50,501 nt of DNA from Candidatus Nanohalarchaeota archaeon QJJ-7. Lineage in GTDB: Archaea; Nanohalarchaeota; Nanosalinia; Nanosalinales; Nanohalalkaliarchaeaceae. The notes beneath the pieces are model-generated. The model did not search any database, was not told where the DNA came from, and was given only the letters and a program-made list of their open reading frames with translations. Where the stretch lies: NCBI GenBank assembly GCA_022865215.1, contig JALIDP010000003.1, positions 1 through 50,501 on the forward strand, in the 5' to 3' direction. This document shows positions 10,231 through 18,796 of this stretch, piece after piece. Each line of letters begins with the position of its first letter. The first letter of the stretch is position 1. Both the position numbers and the translations under genes were made by a program.

Positions 10231-10995
10231 CTACGTGTTCCTCAGTTGTCTCAATTCTTCGATCTCCTGTCTTAGATCTTCTATACGCTGTTTGTAGTCC
10301 CGGTATTTCTCCACTGCCCTCCTGTAACGTTCCTCCTGACCCTCCGCCTGCGCCTCTTTCATCTCCTTCGCGGCCTCTTTCTTTTTCTGGGCCAGAGTCT
10401 TGAAACGAGAGTTGTACTTCTGGAAAAGGAGTTCTTGTTGCTTCTCTTCCACATCCTCCTCAGTTAGACCTCCTCTATCCAACCTCTCCACCCACTTCTT
10501 AGCCTCCTCCTTAGATGGCGCTCCTATTCCAAAGTAAGCTGGAGGTGGGCCTACAGGAGGGAACTTGACAAGTAAAGCGAATTTCGTTCTCTCCCATACC
10601 ATCGGATATATGAAGCCGTCATCTATAGCCTTCACTATAGCTTTCCTGGCCATATCGAACTTGTTCTTAATAGGGAAATGCCGATTAGCGGAACGTTCCC
10701 AACCCATGACTCTGCTACGTTTTAGAAACCTCTTCTGATACTCCTTCTCTATAACGTAGGGTACTATCCTCCAAAGTTCTACCAGCCCTATATAGGAACC
10801 CCGGTCTGCATCAGGATCTGCATCTCTCTTATTTCGACCGTAGTAAGTCCGGGCTGCGACCTCCATCTCCTCTATTACCTGCTCTTTTGTGAAGTAACGG
10901 GTCTCCCGGCCTTCCGCCCTCCGATCTATCTCTTCCTGGACTGTCTCCTGTATCTTCTTTTTCTCTACCCTATCTCTTTTATCATCTTCAGCCAA
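10231..10995 (-). CDS. Hypothetical soluble protein with C-terminal coiled coil
   Basis: TTG start preceded by GAAGGGG; charged helical C-terminus. Confidence 0.65.
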   Translation of the reverse strand: MAEDDKRDRVEKKKIQETVQEEIDRRAEGRETRYFTKEQVIEEMEVAARTYYGRNKRDADPDADRGSYIGLVELWRIVPYVIEKEYQKRFLKRSRVMGWERSANRHFPIKNKFDMARKAIVKAIDDGFIYPMVWERTKFALLVKFPPVGPPPAYFGIGAPSKEEAKKWVERLDRGGLTEEDVEEKQQELLFQKYNSRFKTLAQKKKEAAKEMKEAQAEGQEERYRRAVEKYRDYKQRIEDLRQEIEELRQLRNT

Positions 10996-11053
10996 TACAG
11001 GAACCCCTTCTACGAAGAAAGTTGTGTTGCTTTCCTTAAGTAGTTTGAGGCGT

Positions 11054-12190
11054 CTACTCTTCCGGTACGAAAGAAATATTCATGTTCGAAACTCGGTAAG
11101 ATCCATCCGTGGAGATCTTGAGAGTGTTCTCACCCTCTTCCACAGCATCCTGACCGAAACTGAAGGTGTTCGTCCCCGCATCGAGGGCCTGTGTGAACTC
11201 CTTACCGGGAAGATCGATCGTTACAGGACTCTGGAGCGTGGTCCTGTCAACTTCCAGGGAAATCCGGGCTTTTTCCCCCTCCAGACGCTTGTACTCAGAA
11301 CTTGAGAGATTGAACTCTCTTAAAACCGTTCTTCTCTGGTCTCCGGCCATATGGTAGAAGGTCAGCTGCAGGTTCTCAAGCACGTAAGATGACTCTCCAG
11401 AGGTGGAGAGCGAGAGCACGTTCTCTCCCGCTGTGATCCCTGTAGTGTTGGCATGGAATGTTCTGACATAGGGTAAGGCGCGTTTAATCGGTGTGCCTTC
11501 AAAGATTTTATCGGCGTTTATCTTCATATCCAGGGGCTCATCCCGGATAATATCTTCTGTTATAGAGAACCTCAGCTCCCCACGGTCGAAACCTTCTACT
11601 TCATAGTCGAACACCCTGAAAGGTCTCACTTCCCTCGGATGGAAGGCCGAAACAGAAACGTCCTCCAGGACGTAAGAAGGTCTCTTCCAGAATGCCTTCC
11701 CGGGTCTATCCGCCAAGAACGTGACAGTGTTTTCCCCCGATTCCAGAGTCGAAGACTGTAGTGATACCTGTTCTCCCACCGTATATTCTGGCACATCTAC
11801 TTTCTCACCGTTCACCTTTATAATTAGATTATCGGGATCAGAAGATTCAGAGAGGGTAAAAGTGATGTGCATCCTTCCCGACTGTGGAGACTCGAAGCTC
11901 AGGGTCTCTCTCGAGACTCCGAAAACACTGCTCCCGATCTCGACAATATCTCTCCGGGCTACTTCCGACTCACTAGTCTCTGCTTCAACGGTTATATCGT
12001 CGAAATCGACAGTTCTGGACGTGGAATGTATCTGGCCGATAGTTCCCAGTTTCTCCGATAATATAGCTTCCTCTGCTTCTTCTCCATCTCCAAAGCCGGC
12101 GTCCTCTGCGAAACCTGCAAGCACCCCTCCTATGACCAGGATCGCGACTCCGGCCACCACCACGTAGATAAAGTCCGAAGCCATGCCCAA
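11054..12190 (-). CDS. N-terminally anchored extracellular beta-sandwich repeat protein
   Basis: One N-terminal TM; three repeats of a GEN-x-L/V…Y-L/V-N motif. Confidence 0.7.
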   Translation of the reverse strand: MGMASDFIYVVVAGVAILVIGGVLAGFAEDAGFGDGEEAEEAILSEKLGTIGQIHSTSRTVDFDDITVEAETSESEVARRDIVEIGSSVFGVSRETLSFESPQSGRMHITFTLSESSDPDNLIIKVNGEKVDVPEYTVGEQVSLQSSTLESGENTVTFLADRPGKAFWKRPSYVLEDVSVSAFHPREVRPFRVFDYEVEGFDRGELRFSITEDIIRDEPLDMKINADKIFEGTPIKRALPYVRTFHANTTGITAGENVLSLSTSGESSYVLENLQLTFYHMAGDQRRTVLREFNLSSSEYKRLEGEKARISLEVDRTTLQSPVTIDLPGKEFTQALDAGTNTFSFGQDAVEEGENTLKISTDGSYRVSNMNISFVPEE

Positions 12191-12248
12191 AGATTTGTCA
12201 CGTTATAATAAAAAGGTGCCGGAAGGAGTGTTTTAAACAGGCTTTACA

Positions 12249-13247
12249 ATGAAAGTGCTCAGTCGCGAGGAAGGAGAAGGTTACATGGAACTGGAAGTGG
12301 AGTCAGATTCAGATCTCTGGCACCTCAGGCACGTTGTGGATGAGGGAGACGTTCTCCGTTCCGAGGACCAGAGGACTACCATAGAGGGAGGAGAGAAGAA
12401 GTATACAGAGCTGGAGCTCCAGGTCGAGAAGACCTCCTACGAGGGCGACAGGTTACGGGCGACAGGAGAAATCACTGAGGCGCCTGAGGATGTCGAACAC
12501 GGCTACCACACCTTCAACCTTGAGAAAGGCATAACCTTCGAGATCTGGAAGAGGGACTGGAAGGACTACCAGCTCGACAGGATTGAGAAGGCTTCAGAAA
12601 CTGATGACTACGAAGTTATGGTCTGCATGATAGACTCTGAAGGAGCTAACTTCGCTATAATAACAGAGACCGGGATAAGAGAGCTTTCAGACGTTGAGAG
12701 CGGTATCTCAGGAAAGATGTACCAGGACGATTCGGAGAGCGAGGAAGAGTTCTACAGGCAGGTGATATCGGTACTGGAGACCTACACCGACGTGGACAGG
12801 ATCATAGTTTCGGGTCCGGGTTTCGAGAAAGAGAACCTTGTGGAGAGGATAGAGGATGAAAGACTGGAAGAACAGGTCGTGCTGGAGGACGCCAGCACCA
12901 CAGGTAAGGCAGGGGTACAGGAGGTCATAAAGCGGGGTGCTGTGAAGCGCGTCCTGGAGGAATCGCGGATCTCAGAGGAGTCAGAAGCAGTGGAGAGCTT
13001 CCTCGACGAGGTAAACAGCGGTGGAGACGTAACGTACGGTAAGGATGAAGTGAGTGAGGCGGTAGAGATGGGAGCAGTGGAGAAACTGTTGATCACGGAA
13101 CCTCTAGTACCTGAGAACGAGAATCTGATGGAAGAGGTGGAGCAGAAGAACGGTAAGGTCCAGATAGTGCACGAGGATCACGATGCGGGCAAGAAGCTCT
13201 CTTCTCTCGGAAGTATCGCCGCGGAGCTCAGGTACAGTATAGAATAG
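12249..13247 (+). CDS. pelA: Pelota / Dom34 ribosome rescue factor
   Basis: DLWHL-V-GD, RLR-TG-I, G-YHT-N, GPGF-K, VTYG-EV-A-GAVE-LL and G-KL-LG-IAA-LRY. Confidence 0.95.
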   Translation: MKVLSREEGEGYMELEVESDSDLWHLRHVVDEGDVLRSEDQRTTIEGGEKKYTELELQVEKTSYEGDRLRATGEITEAPEDVEHGYHTFNLEKGITFEIWKRDWKDYQLDRIEKASETDDYEVMVCMIDSEGANFAIITETGIRELSDVESGISGKMYQDDSESEEEFYRQVISVLETYTDVDRIIVSGPGFEKENLVERIEDERLEEQVVLEDASTTGKAGVQEVIKRGAVKRVLEESRISEESEAVESFLDEVNSGGDVTYGKDEVSEAVEMGAVEKLLITEPLVPENENLMEEVEQKNGKVQIVHEDHDAGKKLSSLGSIAAELRYSIE

Positions 13248-13297
13248 TTTATTCTCCCCCCCAGCAGTTCTTAAATGCTCAGAGAAAAAGTACCAGT

Positions 13298-13468
13298 ATG
13301 ACCGGTCAACCCTCTTTCACTTTCCGCGGAACCGAAGAGAACCCCGAATGCCGCAGCTGCGACCAGGAGATGGTCTTTCTGGAAGAGAGACAGGGCGTGT
13401 TCAACGAGAAAGACGTCTACGCCTGTAGAGAGTGCGGTACAACGTTCGAGGACCTCTGGAGATTCTAG
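13298..13468 (+). CDS. Small zinc-finger protein (56 aa, CxxC…CxxC); not in the ORF track
   Basis: MTGQPSFTFRGTEENPECRSCDQEMVFLEERQGVFNEKDVYACRECGTTFEDLWRF; TTAAAT about 25 bp upstream; stop overlaps the convergent gene's stop (CTAG). Confidence 0.75.
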   Translation: MTGQPSFTFRGTEENPECRSCDQEMVFLEERQGVFNEKDVYACRECGTTFEDLWRF

Positions 13469-13935
13469 AGCAGGAAACCGAAAACTCCTGAAAAGAAGGT
13501 TACCAGAGCCATCTTGATCCGGGTGCCGAGCTCATCTGTCCGGTAACGGATTTCCCCTGCATTATAAGCGTCCAGAGCGGTCTGTGAAACGTTCGACGAT
13601 CCCAATATCTTCTCGGTGGTATTGATACCGGTATATATCTCGAGGCTCGGGCTTTCCAGACCCCCCTCCTCCAGTCTATCCACCTTCGCGTCGTCCATAA
13701 CAGCTCCCAGGGAACGGTTACCTTCATCGGTCTCTATGTATAGGTTGATCCTCTCACCGGATACAAGGCGCTTCAGGGGGGATGGAACGCTCTCAATATT
13801 TTTGTTGTAGACCTCCGAGTACTCCTCGATATTCTGAACTACTTCCTGCGTTGTGCTGTTATCATAGCTCACCGCCCCTACAAAAGCGGATAATATAACA
13901 ACAGCAGTCAAAAGAGCCAAAATCCTCGATCTCAT
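13465..13935 (-). CDS. Secreted or membrane-anchored hypothetical protein
   Basis: Signal peptide from MRSRILALL; C-terminal hydrophobic tail. Confidence 0.7.
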   Translation of the reverse strand: MRSRILALLTAVVILSAFVGAVSYDNSTTQEVVQNIEEYSEVYNKNIESVPSPLKRLVSGERINLYIETDEGNRSLGAVMDDAKVDRLEEGGLESPSLEIYTGINTTEKILGSSNVSQTALDAYNAGEIRYRTDELGTRIKMALVTFFSGVFGFLL

Positions 13936-14028
13936 ATGACAATATATTCCGGTAGAGTTTATATTACTCACCCCTGGGATCCCTTCAAAAGGGATAGGAC
14001 TTAAATCTCACTGGAACAATCAAGTAAT

Positions 14029-14349
14029 ATGCATCCGGTCAAGAAACTGGTGGCGGGAGCTATCTTCATCGGTGCAAGTAAAGCCATTGAATATATCGGT
14101 AATGCGATATTCTCGGCTACAGGATCTACTGAAGGCCCTCTCGTGAGCTACAAGGCACTTTTAAGCTCTTCTAAAACTGTTTTGATGGCTCTAGGAGTAT
14201 TATTCGCCGTCTACGGCGTCCTTGAAGGAACATACAAGCTCTGGAAAAAAAGAGGTTCAGGAGAAGAAAAAGATGAAGATGGCTCTTCTAGAAGTTCTGA
14301 ACCTCCTTCCAGACAGAGAGACCGGCCTCGTAATCCTTCACGCCAGTGA
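14029..14349 (+). CDS. Small 2-TM membrane protein
   Basis: Two hydrophobic segments and a charged tail; TTAAAT about 25 bp upstream. Confidence 0.6.
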   Translation: MHPVKKLVAGAIFIGASKAIEYIGNAIFSATGSTEGPLVSYKALLSSSKTVLMALGVLFAVYGVLEGTYKLWKKRGSGEEKDEDGSSRSSEPPSRQRDRPRNPSRQ

Positions 14350-14404
14350 ATCATGGACTCTCGCTCGTCTCATCGGAATCTTTCGGCTCACCAGATCACA
14401 GGAA

Positions 14405-14542
14405 TTAACTGTAGGGGAACCCTTCTTGGGATCTGAAATCAGAGTAGAAGTCTGCCAGTAAGTGGGCAGGTTCCAGGCCAAAGTATAATCCTGCAAGATA
14501 TACTGCGATACCTGAGACCATAAGATGCTCTCGGGGATGCAT
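14405..14542 (-). pseudogene. Possible internally deleted remnant of a membrane-bound metal-dependent hydrolase (45 aa)
   Basis: MHPREHLMVSGIAVYLAGLYFGLEPAHLLADF…: an M-x4-H start joined directly to an H-L-L-x-D motif; TATA-like box upstream. Confidence 0.3.
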
Positions 14543-14596
14543 GATACCAGTTCAGTCCTCTAGGAGTTATATAGCTAGCGAAGAATAAATCGATCC

Positions 14597-14830
14597 ATGG
14601 ATAGGAACAGTGTCGAGCGTTTCCTGGAGTTCCTTGTCATCGGAGTGGTAGCAGGCGTACTGGAAGATCTCATCGCCGTAAAGCTGGCGACAGGCGCAAC
14701 AATAGATGCACAGGTCATCTGGGTAGTGTTCCTGATCGCGATACCCTTCGCGGCCCTCTCCGAACTCGTGGTCGACAGGGAAGAAATCAGACCCTTCCAG
14801 GAAGTTGCTGACAGGATTCACAGAGTCTAG
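14597..14830 (+). CDS. Small 2-TM membrane protein
   Basis: RFLEFLVIGVVAGVLEDL…IPFAALSELVVD; TTATATA about 27 bp upstream. Confidence 0.75.
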   Translation: MDRNSVERFLEFLVIGVVAGVLEDLIAVKLATGATIDAQVIWVVFLIAIPFAALSELVVDREEIRPFQEVADRIHRV

Positions 14831-15144
14831 CCACGACGGAAACCGAGGTAGAACCCGGCAGCGAACCCTCCTCCCAGGCCCAGAGTGGAAACGATCTTGT
14901 CCGCGAGAGAAGGAGCAGTTGAAGCCGCCTGGCCTCCTATATCCACCATACCGCTCCCGACTGAACTCCAGTCTATACTAACGATTCCCTGTGACTCCAT
15001 CCACTTCACGAACAGTATGGAAAGACCGGCCACGACCGCAATTATCTTTGTCACGATCTTCGCAGCGTAACCGGACAGGAATCCCAGAACTGCACCCGAT
15101 CCCATCTCCATCACAACCTCGCTCCCCAGAAGTTCTTCGGGCAT
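14827..15144 (-). CDS. FUN14 family membrane protein
   Basis: G-LGF-GYA-K-K, G-I-IDW and GGGFAAGFYLG. Confidence 0.85.
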   Translation of the reverse strand: MPEELLGSEVVMEMGSGAVLGFLSGYAAKIVTKIIAVVAGLSILFVKWMESQGIVSIDWSSVGSGMVDIGGQAASTAPSLADKIVSTLGLGGGFAAGFYLGFRRG

Positions 15145-15200
15145 GTGCGGAAATTCTCTCTAAAGGTATAAATTGGTTCGGGTTATCAGGAGAAGATCAG

Positions 15201-15289
15201 CGTCGGGGGCGGGATTTGAACCCGCGTCGGCGCATACACGCCGAGTGGCTTAGCAAGCCACCGCAATGGCCAGGCTATGCGACCCCGAC
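15201..15289 (-). tRNA. tRNA-Ser (anticodon GCT), long variable arm, no intron, CCA not encoded
   Basis: Acceptor GTCGGGG/CCCCGAC plus G73; anticodon stem GTGGC-TT GCT AA-GCCAC; variable arm TCGGCG…CGCCGA; T-arm GCGGG TTCAAAT CCCGC. Confidence 0.95.
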
Positions 15290-15313
15290 ACAGCCAAAAC
15301 TTCTATATGAGAG

Positions 15314-15350
15314 CTATTTAAGTCCCTCGGCCTGTTAAGGTATTTAAATA
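15314..15350. promoter_or_regulatory. Back-to-back TATA boxes for tRNA-Ser (minus strand) and the PRC-barrel gene (plus strand)
   Basis: TTAAATA on the minus strand about 27 bp before the tRNA; TTTAAATA on the plus strand about 30 bp before ATG 15379. Confidence 0.6.
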
Positions 15351-15378
15351 TGCAGTCCTCAGACAGCTTTGTGATAGG

Positions 15379-15714
15379 ATGGCCACGGAAGTAGAGAACA
15401 TGACCGACGTGGTTGACAAAGACGTCTTCACTTCTAACGGTTCATACTGCGGGCAGGTAAGGGACATCGAACTGGATCTTCCAAAGTTCAAGGTGCGCGC
15501 ACTTGTCGTTGATGCGGCACAGGGATCCTACCTGGCCCAGAAGGTGGGTGGCAAGAAAGGGGTTATAGTGCCCTTCTCCATGGTGAACGCCATCGACGAT
15601 GTCGTTATGATAGACCATTTCGAGGGAGACGTCCGAGCCACTGAAGAAGAGGTCGAAGAAGAGGAGGGGGAAGAAAGGTACGAGAAGGAACAGGTTGAGG
15701 AAACTCAGCTCTAG
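15379..15714 (+). CDS. PRC-barrel domain protein (CdpB-like cell-division PRC family)
   Basis: V-T-NG-Y-G-V-DI-LD…GVIVPF-V-AI-DVV-I, plus an acidic tail. Confidence 0.8.
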   Translation: MATEVENMTDVVDKDVFTSNGSYCGQVRDIELDLPKFKVRALVVDAAQGSYLAQKVGGKKGVIVPFSMVNAIDDVVMIDHFEGDVRATEEEVEEEEGEERYEKEQVEETQL

Positions 15715-15754
15715 TTCGGCACGTTTTTAAGCCAGTTCCTCCCTCTATCTATCT

Positions 15755-16222
15755 ATGACCACACTAACATCTGTAGTTATGGCTCTCCTGGAATCTACAT
15801 GGAGCCTCACGATAGAGTTCATACCGTTACTGTATCTCGGCTTCCTCGGTTACGCTCTAGCACTGGACCGGGAGAGAGGGATCCTGGAGGATTCTATAAG
15901 AAGTCAACGTGATTACACGCTCTATTATGGTCTATATATCCTTGCCGGACTTGTATTTGGAGGGGTGGTAGTGATGTATGTCGAAGGCCTTCCTGGCATG
16001 GTGACCGGAGGGTTTGTAGCTCTATCGGCCTGTATATACAGCTACTTCGAGAAAGGAGAACCTGATAAAAGAGGTCTGGAACTGGAAGGTCTGAAGGGGG
16101 CTATCAGCGTTCTATGGCTAGCGGCCCCTGTTTTAGCCGTCGCTGGCATCGTATCTGGGAACTCTCTCATGAAAAGCCTGGTAGCCCTGATATTCCTATC
16201 AGCTATCTTCTGGGAGGTGTAA
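15755..16222 (+). CDS. Hypothetical polytopic membrane protein
   Basis: About 5 hydrophobic segments; coupled to thrC. Confidence 0.65.
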   Translation: MTTLTSVVMALLESTWSLTIEFIPLLYLGFLGYALALDRERGILEDSIRSQRDYTLYYGLYILAGLVFGGVVVMYVEGLPGMVTGGFVALSACIYSYFEKGEPDKRGLELEGLKGAISVLWLAAPVLAVAGIVSGNSLMKSLVALIFLSAIFWEV

Positions 16223-16224
16223 AA

Positions 16225-17343
16225 ATGCACGTGGAATCGCTGGAGTGCGTTGATTGCGGTAAAGAATATCCTCCGGAAGAGGTCCGTTACCGCTGTTCTG
16301 GATGCGGGTCCTCTCTCGATGTTTCTTACGACTATTCGGAGATCTCTGGCATCTCATGGAGAGAACTTAAAGACAGAGATTTCTCCCATTTCAGGTACCG
16401 CGAGTTCCTCCCGGTTGTGGGGGAGAAGAACATGCTCCACATGGGAGGGGGTGGTACACCGGTTGTGGAATCCAGAGTCATGGGAGACGAACTGGGGATC
16501 GATCTCTGGTTCAAGATGGAGAGCCTGAACCCCACAGGGAGTTTCAAAGACCGGGGGACCTCGGTCGAGCTGGGTAAGGCCCTGGACCATGGAGAAGAGG
16601 AGGTCGTTGTCGCGTCAACAGGCAACATGGGTGCATCGATTGCGGCTTACAGCGCGAGGGCAGGCATAGAAGCCCGGATATACGTACCCGAGGACACAGG
16701 CGGTCCGAAGCTGGAACAGATGAGTTCTCACGGAGCTGAACTGAGAGAAGTGGAAGGAGGGTATTCCAAAGCTGCACAGAAGGCCTGGAAGGACTGGGAT
16801 GAGCGCAGTATCTACCTCATGGGAGACTACCCCTACCGTGGCGAAGGGGAGAAGACAGTCGGTTTCGAGATAGCGGACCAGATAGACGCGGATACAGTTG
16901 TCCTTCCAGTAGGGAACGGCACCCTTATCCACGCGGTCTGGAAGGCGTTCGAAGAGCTGGAGAAAGTAGGGTTGAATGAACAGCTTCCTAGGATGGTAGG
17001 CGTCCAGGCTGAGGGGTGCAACACTGTTGTGAAAGCCCTGGAAAAGGGTTACGAGGACGTCCGAGCGATAGAGGGGGCGGAAACGGTTGCAGGAGCTATC
17101 GCATGTGCAGACCCTCTGGACGGTGAACAGGCACGCGAAGCTATAGAAGATAGCGGCGGATTCGGGACCGCGGTATCGGACAGGGAGATAATGAACGCCA
17201 AAGAGCTCCTGGCTGAAAAAGAAGGGATCTACGCCGAGGAGGCAGGTGCGGCAGGTCTAGCCGGCATCCTGAAGAGAGAAGATAAGTTCGATAAGAGAGA
17301 GACCGTGGTCTGCCCCATCACAGGTCATGGACTGAAGACGTAA
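16225..17343 (+). CDS. thrC: Threonine synthase (PLP-dependent, fold type II)
   Basis: RBS GGAGGTG before ATG 16225; N-terminal CxxC…CxxC; NPTGSFKDRG (PLP lysine), ASTGN, PVGNG and TGHGLK. Confidence 0.9.
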   Translation: MHVESLECVDCGKEYPPEEVRYRCSGCGSSLDVSYDYSEISGISWRELKDRDFSHFRYREFLPVVGEKNMLHMGGGGTPVVESRVMGDELGIDLWFKMESLNPTGSFKDRGTSVELGKALDHGEEEVVVASTGNMGASIAAYSARAGIEARIYVPEDTGGPKLEQMSSHGAELREVEGGYSKAAQKAWKDWDERSIYLMGDYPYRGEGEKTVGFEIADQIDADTVVLPVGNGTLIHAVWKAFEELEKVGLNEQLPRMVGVQAEGCNTVVKALEKGYEDVRAIEGAETVAGAIACADPLDGEQAREAIEDSGGFGTAVSDREIMNAKELLAEKEGIYAEEAGAAGLAGILKREDKFDKRETVVCPITGHGLKT

Positions 17344-18081
17344 CTACCGGTACATCCCTTCCGGGAAAGCCTGGCCCTTCTCATGGTGCTCCGCATCCTG
17401 GATCATCTGGGAAAGCTTCTGCTTCTGTTCCCTTATATCCTCTGCCTGCTCTTCCATGACCTCTGTCTCCACCTCGAAACCGGCTATCTTCTCTATACCT
17501 TTATCTATCATCACCTTGGCTGCTATCGGGTCAGGGAACTGTGGATCAGCCTCCACAACCAGACATAGCCCGGTCATCTCTCGTCTCTCCATCTCGTGGA
17601 GCATCGCTCCTGTCGGGCCTCCAACCAGACCTGTCTGGTCTGGAACCTCTATACCGGCATCCTCTAGAATCTCTTCCTTTCCCACCTCTACACCGTAAAG
17701 CTCCTTTCCCTCATCGCCTGAGGGAAGACCGCTGAGCAGGAGGGGGGTTATAGAGTTCTCCTCCATCCAGTCGACCATCGGGGCAGCGAACTCTCCTATC
17801 TCTTCGGGAGAGATCAGAACGTCGCTCGTCAGTGCGTAGATCCCGGCCTCCTCGTCAGCGAATATCCTCACCGGCGGCCTCAGTTCTCTGTCGCCCTCCT
17901 CGAATATCATGACTTCAGGCAGACCCTCAGCCTCTACTGTCGCATGTAACTCCATATCCAACTTTTCGATCAGATGGTCTGTAGCTATCTTGCTGGCTAG
18001 CCCTGCACCAGGAACCCCTTCTATGAAGAAACCATCCTCTATATCGACCTCGTCCCGCACATTAAGGATGGGCATAACCAC
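17344..18081 (-). CDS. PAC2-family proteasome assembly chaperone (Pba-like)
   Basis: EG-PG-GL-IA-HL, G-GP-GA-L, PDP-AA; C-terminus …GMYR fits HbYX. Confidence 0.85.
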   Translation of the reverse strand: MVMPILNVRDEVDIEDGFFIEGVPGAGLASKIATDHLIEKLDMELHATVEAEGLPEVMIFEEGDRELRPPVRIFADEEAGIYALTSDVLISPEEIGEFAAPMVDWMEENSITPLLLSGLPSGDEGKELYGVEVGKEEILEDAGIEVPDQTGLVGGPTGAMLHEMERREMTGLCLVVEADPQFPDPIAAKVMIDKGIEKIAGFEVETEVMEEQAEDIREQKQKLSQMIQDAEHHEKGQAFPEGMYR

Positions 18082-18154
18082 CTATCCGATCCGCTCCTTT
18101 AACTGGGTTTCGGTCTGAAGAAGTTTTATATGGAATTAATGGTCTTCTATAACC

Positions 18155-18796
18155 ATGGAAACGCTGAGCGAGCACGAGGCGATGCAGCTCTTCCAGAACG
18201 AGGGGATCCCTGTAGCCGAACACCGCCTGGCAACGGACGAGGACGAGGCCGTAGAAGCTGCAGGAGATATAGGATACCCTGTATTCCTCAAGATCGATTC
18301 AGGAGAAGTCCAGCACAAGACGGATATCGGAGCAGTCATGACAGCGCACGATGAGGAGGAGGTAAGGAAACGTTTCTCACTGGTAAGAGGAAACGTGGAG
18401 AAGGCTATACCGGGAGCGGATGTAGAAGGTATACTGGTGGAAGAGAAGCTGGAAGGTCACGAGATGATAGTCGGTGTTAACAGGGACGCGGAGTTCGGTC
18501 CTGTGATAATGTTCGGACTCGGCGGTATCTTCGTCGAGATATTGAGAGATGTGAACTTCCGGGCGGTACCTATAGAGGAGCGAGACGCAAGAGAACTGGT
18601 AGAAGATATGGAATCCAAGAAACTTCTAGAGGGTGTGAGGGGTCAGGAACCTGTCGATAAGGATGCGATAGTTGACGTGCTGCTGAAAGTTTCGGACCTC
18701 GTGGAATCACATCCTATCGAGGAACTGGATATAAACCCGCTATTCGTGAACTCTGAAGGAGCGTATGCAGCGGACGCGCTGGTGAAGATGCGATGA
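18155..18796 (+). CDS. acdB: ADP-forming acetyl-CoA synthetase, beta (ATP-grasp) subunit
   Basis: IGYPV-LKI, HKTD-GAV, FGPVIMFGLGGIFVE and ELDINP. Confidence 0.9.
   Translation: METLSEHEAMQLFQNEGIPVAEHRLATDEDEAVEAAGDIGYPVFLKIDSGEVQHKTDIGAVMTAHDEEEVRKRFSLVRGNVEKAIPGADVEGILVEEKLEGHEMIVGVNRDAEFGPVIMFGLGGIFVEILRDVNFRAVPIEERDARELVEDMESKKLLEGVRGQEPVDKDAIVDVLLKVSDLVESHPIEELDINPLFVNSEGAYAADALVKMR

Noticed and set aside
15150-15300. tRNA-Ser as an integration site for an island or provirus
   Set aside because: I found no integrase and no duplicated tRNA 3' end in the window, and the flanks are housekeeping genes.
16114-16224. N-terminal extension of thrC in the ORF track
   Set aside because: Overlaps the upstream gene; a strong RBS supports ATG 16225.
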